From Dehalococcoidia bacterium (GTDB lineage: Bacteria; Chloroflexota; Dehalococcoidia; Lucifugimonadales; UBA3495), in assembly GCA_965247605.1 (NCBI GenBank), contig CBDFHM010000011.1, forward strand, positions 327,930 to 391,929: 64,000 nt of DNA, read 5' to 3'. Of the stretch, positions 1 to 8,514 are shown one piece after another (the stretch's first letter is position 1; the number at the start of each line of letters is the position of its first letter). The position numbers and the translations under genes were made by a program. Below the pieces are notes generated by a model. That model was given only the letters and a program-made list of their open reading frames with translations. It had not been told where the DNA came from and searched no databases.

Positions 1-1356
1 GTATTGGAGGGTAATATCGTCAGCGTTGGTCCGGCTGTTCCAGGAGTGCTGGCTTTCCAAGGATGGCAACGGAATCAGGGTGCCGTTTCTGGCCGCCGCG
101 TCGGCGGAGCGCAGTAGCCGAAGTTTGGTGGCGTTGGGTCGATCTCCAGCGAGACCCACATCGAACTCGTAGTATTTAGCCAGGCCTTCGGATAGCCAAG
201 CAGGCAGCGCCTTTCCTTGAGCCACGCCGTCAAAAACAAGGTGGACGTACTCATGGACCAGGATCCGCTGCACCTCGGTCCGCAGTAGATCGGTCCGCAT
301 ATAGATGCCTGGTTTGATACCGAAATTTCGATAGTAGCCGTCCTCGAATCCCAGTTCCACGCCGGTTGCCTGGCTTACCATGTCGAGGAGGTCCCGGTTC
401 CCCAGCAGATATAGCTCCGGCACCTGCTCGGTACTGACGCCCAACCGCTGTTCCATTAGCGACGACGCCGTATCCAGCTCAGGCTGGAGGTCCACGGCCA
501 GGGCAGAAGGTACGAGTTGTGAGTAAAATACGTCGGACTCCGAGCCGCGATACCCACTCAAGGGCGTCCCCAGCGTAAACGTTTCCAGCGTGGTGAGGGG
601 CAGTTGCCCAATGTTGTAGCCAACCGCCTTAATCCGGTCACCCAAGCTAATTCTTACCGACCAATTTCCTTCAACGTCCTGGGTCCCGTAGCGTACCCAA
701 TCGGCCCTGCCGTCGCCGTCGGCAAACAAAGTGATGGTGGTGACCGGGTCGCCATTGGTTTGCACCACCCTGACATCGTCCGCAGTGATCCAGTTGTTCG
801 CCAACCCCTGAGGATCGATGAAGGTAACGTCCACTGGCTGCCAAGGTTTCAGACCTTCGGCACTGAAAGATATTTCGCGGCCGGCCAATGGCGAACGCGG
901 TGAGATCCGAAGCATGGCGCCGCCGCCGATGTCCGATACTAACGCTTGCGAGTCCGCTACCGCAGCAGCGAGCGGCGTTGTAGGAGTCTGCTGCGGCACC
1001 GGTACAGGCTCAGGAAGCAGCACCGGTTTAGGCGTAGGCTCGGGAAGCGGCGTAGGTGGAGGAGTTGGCGGCGGAGGCCTGACCGGCGCTGCGGTGGGCG
1101 CCGGTGCGGGGAAAGGCTCCGCGGCCGGTACTATGGGCGCCGCAGGCTCCATGTCGGGGGCTATCGGGTCCGTGGGCGTCGGCGAGGGTGTTGGCTGTGC
1201 CGTGGCCGCTGGTGGCGGAGTCGGTCCCGCGTTTTCGCCCATCGGGGCCACCTGCCCTACCTGCCCGCCGACGGTGACGCAGGCGGTGAGGGCAAGAAAC
1301 AACGCCGCAGCCAGCACCAGCAGGGACCAGCCCCTTACCAAGTTTTCACGAAACAT
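1..1356 (-). CDS. Peptidase-MA-like zinc metalloprotease lipoprotein (3' end runs off the window)
   Basis: Absent from the ORF track because there is no stop inside the window. Manual translation from ATG (1356-1354) stays open to base 1. It reads MFRENLVRGWSLLVLAAALFLALTAC (signal peptide plus lipobox), then a Pro-rich linker of about 110 aa, then ...ILVHEYVHLVF...WLSEGLAKYYE (HExxH plus a downstream Glu, as in the paralog at 52000-53322). The + strand ORFs 818-1507 and 946-1584 are antisense shadows of the Pro-rich linker. Confidence 0.75.
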   Translation of the reverse strand, partial: MFRENLVRGWSLLVLAAALFLALTACVTVGGQVGQVAPMGENAGPTPPPAATAQPTPSPTPTDPIAPDMEPAAPIVPAAEPFPAPAPTAAPVRPPPPTPPPTPLPEPTPKPVLLPEPVPVPQQTPTTPLAAAVADSQALVSDIGGGAMLRISPRSPLAGREISFSAEGLKPWQPVDVTFIDPQGLANNWITADDVRVVQTNGDPVTTITLFADGDGRADWVRYGTQDVEGNWSVRISLGDRIKAVGYNIGQLPLTTLETFTLGTPLSGYRGSESDVFYSQLVPSALAVDLQPELDTASSLMEQRLGVSTEQVPELYLLGNRDLLDMVSQATGVELGFEDGYYRNFGIKPGIYMRTDLLRTEVQRILVHEYVHLVFDGVAQGKALPAWLSEGLAKYYEFDVGLAGDRPNATKLRLLRSADAAARNGTLIPLPSLESQHSWNSRTNADDITLQY

Positions 1357-1637
1357 TCTAAGATCGGGGGGGTGGTCCGAGGCTGGTGTGTTGCTTCCCG
1401 TGGCGCCGGGCCTCCCGAAAATTGCAAAAGGGTTTTTAGAAAGGGTAAACAAGGGCGTACAACCAGTCTGTCACAGCCCCTGCTTACGGGCAAACCACCT
1501 GCCCTGAGGCTGCGTCGCATGATAGGATATTCAAGAGATAATGGTCTGGCTGCTGGCAGTGTTAGCAGAAATCCGTACCGGTAAGGTCTGTTAGGGCCTA
1601 TGAAAACGCCTCGGCGAGGCAAAGCGGGAGCGCAGAT

Positions 1638-2399
1638 ATGAACGTCCACGTTTATACCCAGCCTGGTTGATTCAGTTGCCGGACGGTGGAAGAGTTCCTC
1701 TCGTCCCACGGTGTTCAGTATGAACACCACAATTTGCTAACCGACACCCAAGCTGTTGAGGACCTGCGGAGCCGGGGAATCAAGTCCCTGCCGGTCACCA
1801 TCGTAGACGACACCGAGGTCATCATTGGCTACTACCCCAAGAAGTTGATCCCGGCGTTGAAGCTGGACGTGACCGTGGACTTGTCCGGCAAGACATCGTG
1901 GTTGGCGGAAAAATACGAAGTCGTCATGAGTGCGGCCATCCGCTCCACTCTCCAGTTCTCCCAAGAGCAATTGGATGCCGTCGTGTCGTGGCGGCCCTGG
2001 AGCCTGCGGGACACAATGGTTCACATCTTGTCGTTCCCTGAAGTCGCGTATTTGAGCCACAAGGTCGGCAGCATGAGCTGGGACGACATGGCCGCATCCG
2101 ACGAACGCCTCAAAGCTATCACAACCGGCCCGGCCATCGCCGAGTATGGAGACCAAGTCCGTCAGGACATCATCGAGTTTCTGGGCAGCGGCAACTCCGA
2201 CGCTTTCGACCGCGAGGTCCCCGCCCACTACGGCGGCGAAGTCACGGTGCTCGAACTATTGAACATCATCCTCAGCCACAGCACCCATCACCTGAAGCAG
2301 GTCTACTACTACATGCAGACCGACCTGGGAATGACGCTGGACCGGCCTGCGACCGATGCAGATTTGGAGGGCATCAACACGCCCGACGCGTTGATCTAG
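1638..2399 (+). CDS. Glutaredoxin-like / DinB-fold fusion protein, candidate selenoprotein (in-frame UGA 1668-1670 in a U-x-x-C motif)
   Basis: The track ORF (GTG 1686) lacks the Grx beta1 strand and redox motif. The same frame upstream reads ATG(1638)...MNVHVYTQPG-TGA-FSCRTVEEFLSSHGVQYEHHNL. GGGAG lies 7 nt upstream of the ATG. Hairpins lie at 1681-1706 and 1711-1727, downstream of the UGA. The C-terminal half (...LELLNIILSHSTHHLKQVYYYM) resembles the DinB/YfiT fold. Confidence 0.6.
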
Positions 2400-2419
2400 G
2401 CCCGCAGTAACCAACTCAC

Positions 2420-2456
2420 AAAAAAACGGCCGCCGTATTTCGGCGGCCGTTTTTCT
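2420..2456. terminator. Bidirectional intrinsic terminator between convergent genes
   Basis: Perfect 10-bp stem ACGGCCGCCG / CGGCGGCCGT (2426-2435 / 2441-2450) with loop TATTT, an A-run upstream and a T-run downstream. Confidence 0.75.
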
Positions 2457-2471
2457 CTTTCGAAACCGGAG

Positions 2472-2499
2472 GCTAAAAGCTGATTGCTGAACGCTGAAA
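2472..2499 (+). repeat. Heptamer tandem array (GCTAAAA GCTGATT GCTGAAC GCTGAAA), GCTGAYN family
   Basis: Read directly from the sequence. Same family as the arrays at 38226, 51841, 55446, 55851, 57324 and 58024. Confidence 0.6.
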
Positions 2500-2500
2500 A

Positions 2501-3430
2501 CTAAAAGATGGCCAACGGGTTCACCGGCGATCCGGTAGCGTTCTTGAACCGCAGGGGCGCCACGTTGAACATGAACTCCCAGCGGTTGAGTCGCTCACAG
2601 ACCTGCACCAGCTCCTCGCAGTTGCCAGCGTCGATCAGCCACAATCCCATGCCGACGATGCCTACCTTGTGTATCGGCAGCCCGACCATCGGATAGCCGC
2701 TGGGTTCGGCATCCACCGAGGCGTCTCCTCCCAGGATCGAAACACCCCGCTCTTTGAGCCACGGCAGCGTTTCCGCGTGGAGACCGGGGCGGCCCGACTC
2801 CGGCGGTCCCAGTTCCAAGCGTCGCTTGTACCAGCCAAACCGGACCATCAGGGCGTCGCCTTCCTCCACCCGCACTCCTTGGGCCTTCTCGGCGGCCTCC
2901 AAGTCTTCGATGAACACGCCCTCTCCGGCCTCGAGCCAGGGCTTTCCCTTGACCTTGGCGATGTCCAACATGACGCCGCGGGTGACCACGCCGTTCTGGG
3001 CCTTGTCGATGTCCAGGCTATTAGCCTTGGTCTCCGAGTTGACGTCCGAGGCCGGCCTGCCGTTGTACATCTTGCCGTTCCAAATCTGGTGGCATAATGC
3101 GTCTAAGTGAGTGATGGTCAGACCGTGAAACGAAAAACCGATGAAGTCGGCGGTGCCGCCCGGGCCCTCGTCGGGGCAGGTGTCGCCGGCGCGAACCATG
3201 TAGTGGAGCGGGGGAATGGAGGTGACGTCCGGCGCAATCTCAGGCACGATCAGCCTGGAACAGGTAACGCTGATACCCTCTTTGACCAGGCTTGCCGCCT
3301 GAGCCCTCTTGGCGTCGGTGATCAGGTTTAGGGTGCCCAACTGGTCGTCGGCGCCCCAGCGGCCCCAATTGCTCAGAGATTCGATCCAACCGATGACTTC
3401 GGCCTCTGTTGGTACCTGCCTCGTAACCAT
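2501..3430 (-). CDS. Cyclase family protein (kynurenine-formamidase-like fold)
   Basis: 309-aa ORF. The N-terminus ...SNWGRWGADDQLGTLNLIT and overall pattern are typical of the putative cyclase family. Confidence 0.75.
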   Translation of the reverse strand: MVTRQVPTEAEVIGWIESLSNWGRWGADDQLGTLNLITDAKRAQAASLVKEGISVTCSRLIVPEIAPDVTSIPPLHYMVRAGDTCPDEGPGGTADFIGFSFHGLTITHLDALCHQIWNGKMYNGRPASDVNSETKANSLDIDKAQNGVVTRGVMLDIAKVKGKPWLEAGEGVFIEDLEAAEKAQGVRVEEGDALMVRFGWYKRRLELGPPESGRPGLHAETLPWLKERGVSILGGDASVDAEPSGYPMVGLPIHKVGIVGMGLWLIDAGNCEELVQVCERLNRWEFMFNVAPLRFKNATGSPVNPLAIF

Positions 3431-3553
3431 GGTCCCCTCCTCTATTTGATTCGTGTATTTGGACCCGCCGTCATTCCGGCCCTTCCGCGGATGGGTAAAC
3501 CAGGGCTATTGGTTTCAGCGTGGCCGGAAAATCCCCCCAACCTCCCATTGCGG

Positions 3554-3691
3554 CCTTGCCTCAAAAGTAGACAAAACCATGTCACCCTGAGCACATCGAA
3601 GGGTCTCGTTGGTAAGTTCAGCCTCACTCGAAGTGGCCCGAACCCAGATTCTTCGTCGCTTCACTCCTCAGAATGACAGGTTTGAGGCAAG
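3554..3691. repeat. Nested palindromic repeat cluster (copy A of the two-armed palindromic element, enclosed by an 11-bp outer inverted repeat)
   Basis: Inner arms are CATGTCACCCTGAGCACATCGAAGGGTCTC (3578-3607) and CAGATTCTTCGTCGCTTCACTCCTCAGAATGACAGG (3645-3680). Outer arms are CTTGCCTCAAA (3555-3565) and TTTGAGGCAAG (3681-3691). Related arm sequences occur at 20888, 27061 and 57355. Confidence 0.6.
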
Positions 3692-3785
3692 ACCCCCCTT
3701 GCGAAAGTGGGGCTAGACGCATTGGGTTGGTGGTGCCGTTTGAAACTACGCCGACACAATAGCGCTTCGGTCGATGGCTGGCAAC

Positions 3786-5447
3786 CTACAGGGGGTAGAG
3801 GTCAGCGATGGTGCCGTCTATGTAGAGAATTTCGATGGTGCGGGTGACGGCAGATTCCAGTTGGCCGAGTGCCTGCGGGTCCAACCCCCGGCCCAGCCGT
3901 TCCACGATGGCCGATACCGGTGTCCGGCCGTCGACCAACGACACCGTGCTGGCCACCACTTGGCTGCAGGGTGTTCCTTCGGGCTGGGAGACACTGTTCA
4001 GGGTGTGGCCCCAAATAAACTCCCCTTCGCCCAAGACCGGCCGACGGGCGACTCGTACCCCATCAGCCAACCGAGGCACTGCTGCCAGGACCTGATTGCG
4101 TTGCGGGTCCGAACGCAAGGCCGCCAAGAGTTGTCCCCGCGCCTGGCGGTCCGCCTCCACGGCCCGCACGTTGGAGATAAATTCGGTGGGTGCCTCCCCG
4201 CGGTCCAAAACAGCCCGCTCGTAGCTGCGGGGCGGTTGCCCCGCCACCGCCTGGATGAAGCTGTGCCGAGGTGAATATTTATCGAGGTTCGAAGGGTCCG
4301 TAATGTGCCGGGCCTCCCAGAAATAGGACTCGGTGGTTAGGTTGCTGGAATAAAACAGGCGGGCCAACTCGCGGAACTGGCGGTACTCCTTGTAGTACAG
4401 CTCCTGGTACACCTGCCCGGCGCTCTCCGTCATGTTGCCGTCGGTTGCGGAACCCTGTTTCAATGCCGTGGTCGTGTAGGCTGCGGCCATCACCCCAGAC
4501 ATCAAGGCCAGGTGGACGCCGGAGGAAAATAACGGGTCCACGAAACAGGCGGCGTCGCCGGTGATTATGTATCCGGGTCCCACCAGCTTGTCGGCGGCGT
4601 AGGACCAGTCGCGGACGACCTGGGGCCCCGTTGCCCATTCAGCGTTCTTCAACCGGGTACGGGTCTGCGACGTTTGGGCCAACTGGCCAGCCAGGAATGC
4701 TCGCGCTCCCAGGCGGCGGATACTCTTCTGTCCAGTCTGGTTGTCCACCACCGCCCCCACGCTGGTCCAACCAGTGTGCAGTGGAATGCTCCAGAACCAG
4801 CCGTGCCGGTACGATTCGATGAATATGTTGTTCTCGTCTGGAGGAGGCAGAGGGGTCACGCCGGTGAAATAGGCGTATACGGCCAGGTTTTGGAAGAACG
4901 AGTCCCACCGCCGCACCTGGGTGTGCCTCGCCAGTAGCGCCGATTGCCCCGTGGCATCGACGACGAACCGGGCGGCGATTTCGCCCCGGCGGTTGTCATC
5001 CGAAACGAACCGCACTCCCGCGGCACGGTCGTCTTCGAATATCACCTCGCCGACCCGGTGACCTTCTTCGACAGTTACACCGGTGGCTCTGGCGTTCTCC
5101 AGCAGTAGTTGGTCGAATTGGGGCCGCCATACTTGGTACGAGTGGGGATTCTGGGGGCTGGTCTCTTTGAAATACCAACTCCAAGGCTCTGGGTCTCGCC
5201 CCCAGACCATGGTCGCGCCCCATTTGGGCAAAAACCCGGCCCGCTCCACCGCTGGCATAACCCCCAACTCCTCCAGAATCGGCATGCTGGCCGGCAGCAG
5301 AGATTCTCCCACATGTTCCCGGGGGAATCGGTGGCGCTCCAAAAGCGTCACCTGCCAGCCTTTCCGGGCCAACATGGTGGCCGCCGCGCTACCGGCGGGC
5401 CCACCGCCGATTACCACCACGTCGGGGTGTGGGTCAGGTCTGTCCAC
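3786..5447 (-). CDS. Flavin-dependent halogenase family protein with C-terminal PqqD-like extension
   Basis: GGGPAGS dinucleotide-binding motif. GWFWSIPL matches the WxWxIP halogenase signature. FVDPLFSSGVHLA motif and a conserved Lys context (LPKWGATMVWG). The last roughly 100 aa (VPRLADGVRVARRPVLGEGEFIW...LVDGRTPVSAIVERLGRGLDPQALGQLESAVTRTIEILYIDGTIADLY) follow the PqqD pattern. Confidence 0.7.
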   Translation of the reverse strand: MDRPDPHPDVVVIGGGPAGSAAATMLARKGWQVTLLERHRFPREHVGESLLPASMPILEELGVMPAVERAGFLPKWGATMVWGRDPEPWSWYFKETSPQNPHSYQVWRPQFDQLLLENARATGVTVEEGHRVGEVIFEDDRAAGVRFVSDDNRRGEIAARFVVDATGQSALLARHTQVRRWDSFFQNLAVYAYFTGVTPLPPPDENNIFIESYRHGWFWSIPLHTGWTSVGAVVDNQTGQKSIRRLGARAFLAGQLAQTSQTRTRLKNAEWATGPQVVRDWSYAADKLVGPGYIITGDAACFVDPLFSSGVHLALMSGVMAAAYTTTALKQGSATDGNMTESAGQVYQELYYKEYRQFRELARLFYSSNLTTESYFWEARHITDPSNLDKYSPRHSFIQAVAGQPPRSYERAVLDRGEAPTEFISNVRAVEADRQARGQLLAALRSDPQRNQVLAAVPRLADGVRVARRPVLGEGEFIWGHTLNSVSQPEGTPCSQVVASTVSLVDGRTPVSAIVERLGRGLDPQALGQLESAVTRTIEILYIDGTIADLYPL

Positions 5448-5471
5448 TTCAGTGTCCTGGGATGAAATTCA

Positions 5472-5518
5472 GAATCCCCCCGCCAGCCCCATTGCATCGG
5501 GGAGTTCCGGGGGGATTC
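5472..5518. repeat. AATCCCCCC...GGGGGGATT hairpin repeat (intercistronic)
   Basis: Arms GAATCCCCCC (5472-5481) and GGGGGGATTC (5509-5518), with partly pairing inner segments. Lies between the LLM stop and the halogenase start. Confidence 0.6.
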
Positions 5519-5563
5519 CGTTTTCGCCATTTTTTACCGGTGCCGTTAATAACCGCTGGGCAG

Positions 5564-6841
5564 CTAGTCCCCGCCGTGGCCGCTCTCGACACTCGCTGTG
5601 GTTTCATCTTCCACCGGCTTGCCGGTGGCCGGGTCAACCTCGAAGGAGCTGGGGAGTTCCAGTTCCTTGGCGATTTCTTTCACAGCGGGAATCACTTCCT
5701 CACCCATGAGGCGCAGGCTGCGCATCGCATCGTCGTGGGTCATTGCGCCGTCGCCGTCCCAGAAGAAAACGCTGCCGGGGCGGAGGTACTCCAAGACGTG
5801 GCGTATCTTGGGGATTACGGTCTTAGGAGTCCCCGAGATGATGGTGTAGTCCTTGATTTGTTGCTCGTAGGGTCGCCCGAGAACGCCAGCGGCGCCGCCC
5901 CGATTTGCAGTGGAGAACGCCTGTGTGGGCAGGACCCTCTTGCGGGACGAAAGGCCGGGAAGGTTAACCAAAGCCGGGTTCACTGTACCCTCATTTCCCG
6001 CCAAGAACGGGTTGCTGGGGCCTTGGACGAATTTTCGCCCGGCCTCTTCAGCCAGCTCTTCGGTTTCGTCCACATGCACCTTCCAGAGGTAGCCCAAGTT
6101 CTGCGGACCCGACTCGTAGCCGAGCTCGGCTGCCCGGTCGTGGTACAACTGGAAGGCCTTTTTGGTCGGATCCAGTTCAGTGGATAACATAATGTACGGT
6201 ATTCGCTTCTCGGCCGCCCACATGAGCGAATCGCGGCTCACCACGCCCGGCAGCCATATCTGTGGGTGTGGCTTCTGGTAGGGGCGGACCCACGGATTCA
6301 CGTGCCGGTACTGGTAGTGTTTTCCTTCCCAGCGGAAGGGGCCGGGAGTGGTCCAGGCCTTAACGATAAACTCGTGGGCCTCTTGGAACCGCTCCCAATT
6401 GTAAGGGGGCGGAGCGTTGTGGGCCACGCTCTCGCGGCCGGTTCCCCGGACCCAACCGGAGACCAAGCGGCCGTGGGAAATCATATCGATCATCGAAAGC
6501 TGTTCCACCAGCCAGAGGGGGTCGTCCCAGATGGGCAGGATGTTGCCTAAGAGAACGATCTTCGCCCGTTTGGTGATGCGGGCCAGGATGGAGGCCTCGA
6601 CATTCATGGCGCCGCCCATACAGAAGGCAGTGCCATGATGCTCGTTGAGCATCAGGCCGTCGAAACCCATCTCCTCGGCATACAGCTTTTCGTCCAGGTA
6701 CCGGTTGTAGAGTTGGGCGCCCAGACGGGAGTCATAAATCTCGTTGCTAACGGTCAAGTCCATGATGGGCTTGCCGGTGGCCCCGAAAAAGCCGGAGTCG
6801 GGGTCTTGGTAGGGCCGCTCGGTGAAATAACCGATATGCAT
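5564..6841 (-). CDS. Luciferase-like (LLM class) flavin-dependent monooxygenase
   Basis: Start placed at MHIGYFTERPYQD (ATG 6841-6839) with GAGGA 8 nt upstream. The track's upstream 22 codons lack support. Strongly similar to the paralog at 43195-44394. Confidence 0.8.
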   Translation of the reverse strand: MHIGYFTERPYQDPDSGFFGATGKPIMDLTVSNEIYDSRLGAQLYNRYLDEKLYAEEMGFDGLMLNEHHGTAFCMGGAMNVEASILARITKRAKIVLLGNILPIWDDPLWLVEQLSMIDMISHGRLVSGWVRGTGRESVAHNAPPPYNWERFQEAHEFIVKAWTTPGPFRWEGKHYQYRHVNPWVRPYQKPHPQIWLPGVVSRDSLMWAAEKRIPYIMLSTELDPTKKAFQLYHDRAAELGYESGPQNLGYLWKVHVDETEELAEEAGRKFVQGPSNPFLAGNEGTVNPALVNLPGLSSRKRVLPTQAFSTANRGGAAGVLGRPYEQQIKDYTIISGTPKTVIPKIRHVLEYLRPGSVFFWDGDGAMTHDDAMRSLRLMGEEVIPAVKEIAKELELPSSFEVDPATGKPVEDETTASVESGHGGD

Positions 6842-7055
6842 GGCGTTTGTCCTCTGCAAAAGGCCGCACTGCGGCCATGATTTATACGTGCGAAATGGCA
6901 AGGGCATTATAGCATCGCGGGTAAGTCGGCGGACATTTCAGAGGTCGCGCCGCTCCGCAAGCCTTGGGACTGCGGCTATCTCGTTGAACCGGACCGGAGA
7001 TCAAGGCATCAAACTCTTGTCCAGAACTCCAATTATCGTTAATTCGGAGAACCTA

Positions 7056-8348
7056 TTGTTGAATCCTCTAATCAGCAGTTTCAGAACCGGGAGTGGACGT
7101 AGGTTGTTGTTCCTCTGGATACCTGTATTGCTGCTTATCGCCGCCGCCTGCGGGACTTCCGCCACCGCCACGCCGTCGCCCAGCAGCCCCGCGCCGACGG
7201 AGCCAGGGCGGCAGCCCGGCCCCACCGCCACCGCTCCTTCACCGACCAGCGCCGCCGCAGTCGTCCGGGCAGTTGTGCCACCGTTGGACACCTCCATCAG
7301 CAGCGTGCCGTTGGAGGACATCTTGTTCGACACCTTCGGCTCCACACCGGCTCGTTTTGTCCGGTTGGACCAAGCGTCCGACGAGCTTATTCTCAGACTT
7401 CGAGACGCCATAGCCCCGGTCCTCAATCCGGTGTACGGCGACGCCGATGCCCTGCCTTGGCTTGGAGATGATGACCTGATCATCGGCTACGAGTCAGGGG
7501 ATGACGCCTTTGCCTACCCGATCAACATCCTAAATTTCCACGAGATAGTAAACGACACCATCGGCGGCGTTCCGGTGTTGGTGACCTACTGCCCGCTATG
7601 TTTTAGCGGCGTGGTTTTCAGCCGGGTAGTGGACGGCGAAGTTTTGACCTTCGGCAACACCAGCGCTCTTTACCAATCGGACTTGGTGATGTACGACCAT
7701 CAGTCCGGTTCTTACTGGTTCCAGGTGGGCGGTGAGGCGGTGGTGGGAGCCCGCACCGGCGCTCATCTCACGGCCTTGGCCTCAACGACCATGACTTGGG
7801 GCGAGTGGAGGGGTTTTCATCCGGACACTAGACTAATCACCGGCGCGGAAGGACGGGAAACGTGGTTCGTTAATAATCGGTACGCCCGGTCCTTCTCTGG
7901 AGGGTACCAAGACCGTATTAACGACGAGCAGTTTGTTTTTCCGGTAGACGAGGAAAAATTGGACGGCCGGTTGGCTGCTGGCGAGATCGTGCTCACCGTT
8001 GAAATGGGGGACGCGGTGACTGCCTTTCCCCTTGGATCGGCTGGGAATGCGGCGATCAATAGTGAAGTTGGTGGCGTGCCAATCGTGGTGTTCACCAAGT
8101 CGCAGGGGGCCTCTGTGGGCGCCTTTTCTAGACAGGTTGCCGGGCGTACTTTGTCCTTTGATTATCGTGAGGACCAAGACGATTTTGTGGACCGTGAGAC
8201 CGGGACCTCTTGGAACTCCATCGGTAGGGCCGACAGCGGTCCTCTGGCGGGAGAGCGATTGGAGAGGGTCAGCACCCGCCGCGCGTTCTGGTTCTCCGTA
8301 GCCATATCGTTCCCCGGTGTAGAGCTCTTCACTCCCGGCTCAGGTTAG
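7056..8348 (+). CDS. DUF3179 domain lipoprotein
   Basis: YCPLCFSGVVFSR...FGNTSALYQSDLVMYDHQSGSYWFQ is the DUF3179 core. The probable TTG start at 7056 has GGAGA 5 nt upstream and gives a signal peptide with lipobox (LLLIAAAC). The start is uncertain; the track start at 6840 is very likely too far upstream. Confidence 0.7.
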   Translation: MLNPLISSFRTGSGRRLLFLWIPVLLLIAAACGTSATATPSPSSPAPTEPGRQPGPTATAPSPTSAAAVVRAVVPPLDTSISSVPLEDILFDTFGSTPARFVRLDQASDELILRLRDAIAPVLNPVYGDADALPWLGDDDLIIGYESGDDAFAYPINILNFHEIVNDTIGGVPVLVTYCPLCFSGVVFSRVVDGEVLTFGNTSALYQSDLVMYDHQSGSYWFQVGGEAVVGARTGAHLTALASTTMTWGEWRGFHPDTRLITGAEGRETWFVNNRYARSFSGGYQDRINDEQFVFPVDEEKLDGRLAAGEIVLTVEMGDAVTAFPLGSAGNAAINSEVGGVPIVVFTKSQGASVGAFSRQVAGRTLSFDYREDQDDFVDRETGTSWNSIGRADSGPLAGERLERVSTRRAFWFSVAISFPGVELFTPGSG

Positions 8349-8440
8349 AACCTGAGCCGCCCACAGGCCGAGCCTCTATACTAGCCTCGGGAGTCAGTCG
8401 GTTTACGCGTCGAATCACCGCCTGCGGCGACGAATTTCGC

Positions 8441-8469
8441 TTGACACCCCCAAACGTATATGGTAAGTT
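8441..8469 (+). promoter_or_regulatory. Candidate sigma70-type promoter for hppA
   Basis: TTGACA (8441-8446), 17-nt spacer, TAAGTT (8464-8469), about 45 nt upstream of the hppA ATG. Confidence 0.3.
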
Positions 8470-8514
8470 TCGCACGCCTAATCTCCTGCCTCATTCGCGT
8501 GAGAGAGTCTCTTC

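Noticed and set aside
818-1584. Gly/Ser- and Arg-rich + strand ORFs (229 and 212 aa).
   Set aside because: They are antisense shadows of the Pro-rich linker of the minus-strand peptidase-MA lipoprotein gene (1-1356). They are low-complexity, with no start context.
5411-5530. A Trp-rich 39-codon ORF (MAKTESPRNSPMQWGWRGDSEFHPRTLKWTDLTHTPTWW) just upstream of and overlapping the halogenase start. It was considered as a RiPP precursor.
   Set aside because: Most of it is the translation of the AATCCCCCC hairpin repeat. It has no RBS and overlaps the halogenase N-terminus. Trp richness is expected from GC-rich TGG-containing repeats.
6840-7055. The N-terminal 72-codon extension of the DUF3179 ORF, which overlaps the start of the divergent LLM gene.
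   Set aside because: There is no coding-like composition. A TTG with RBS at 7056 gives a proper signal peptide and lipobox.
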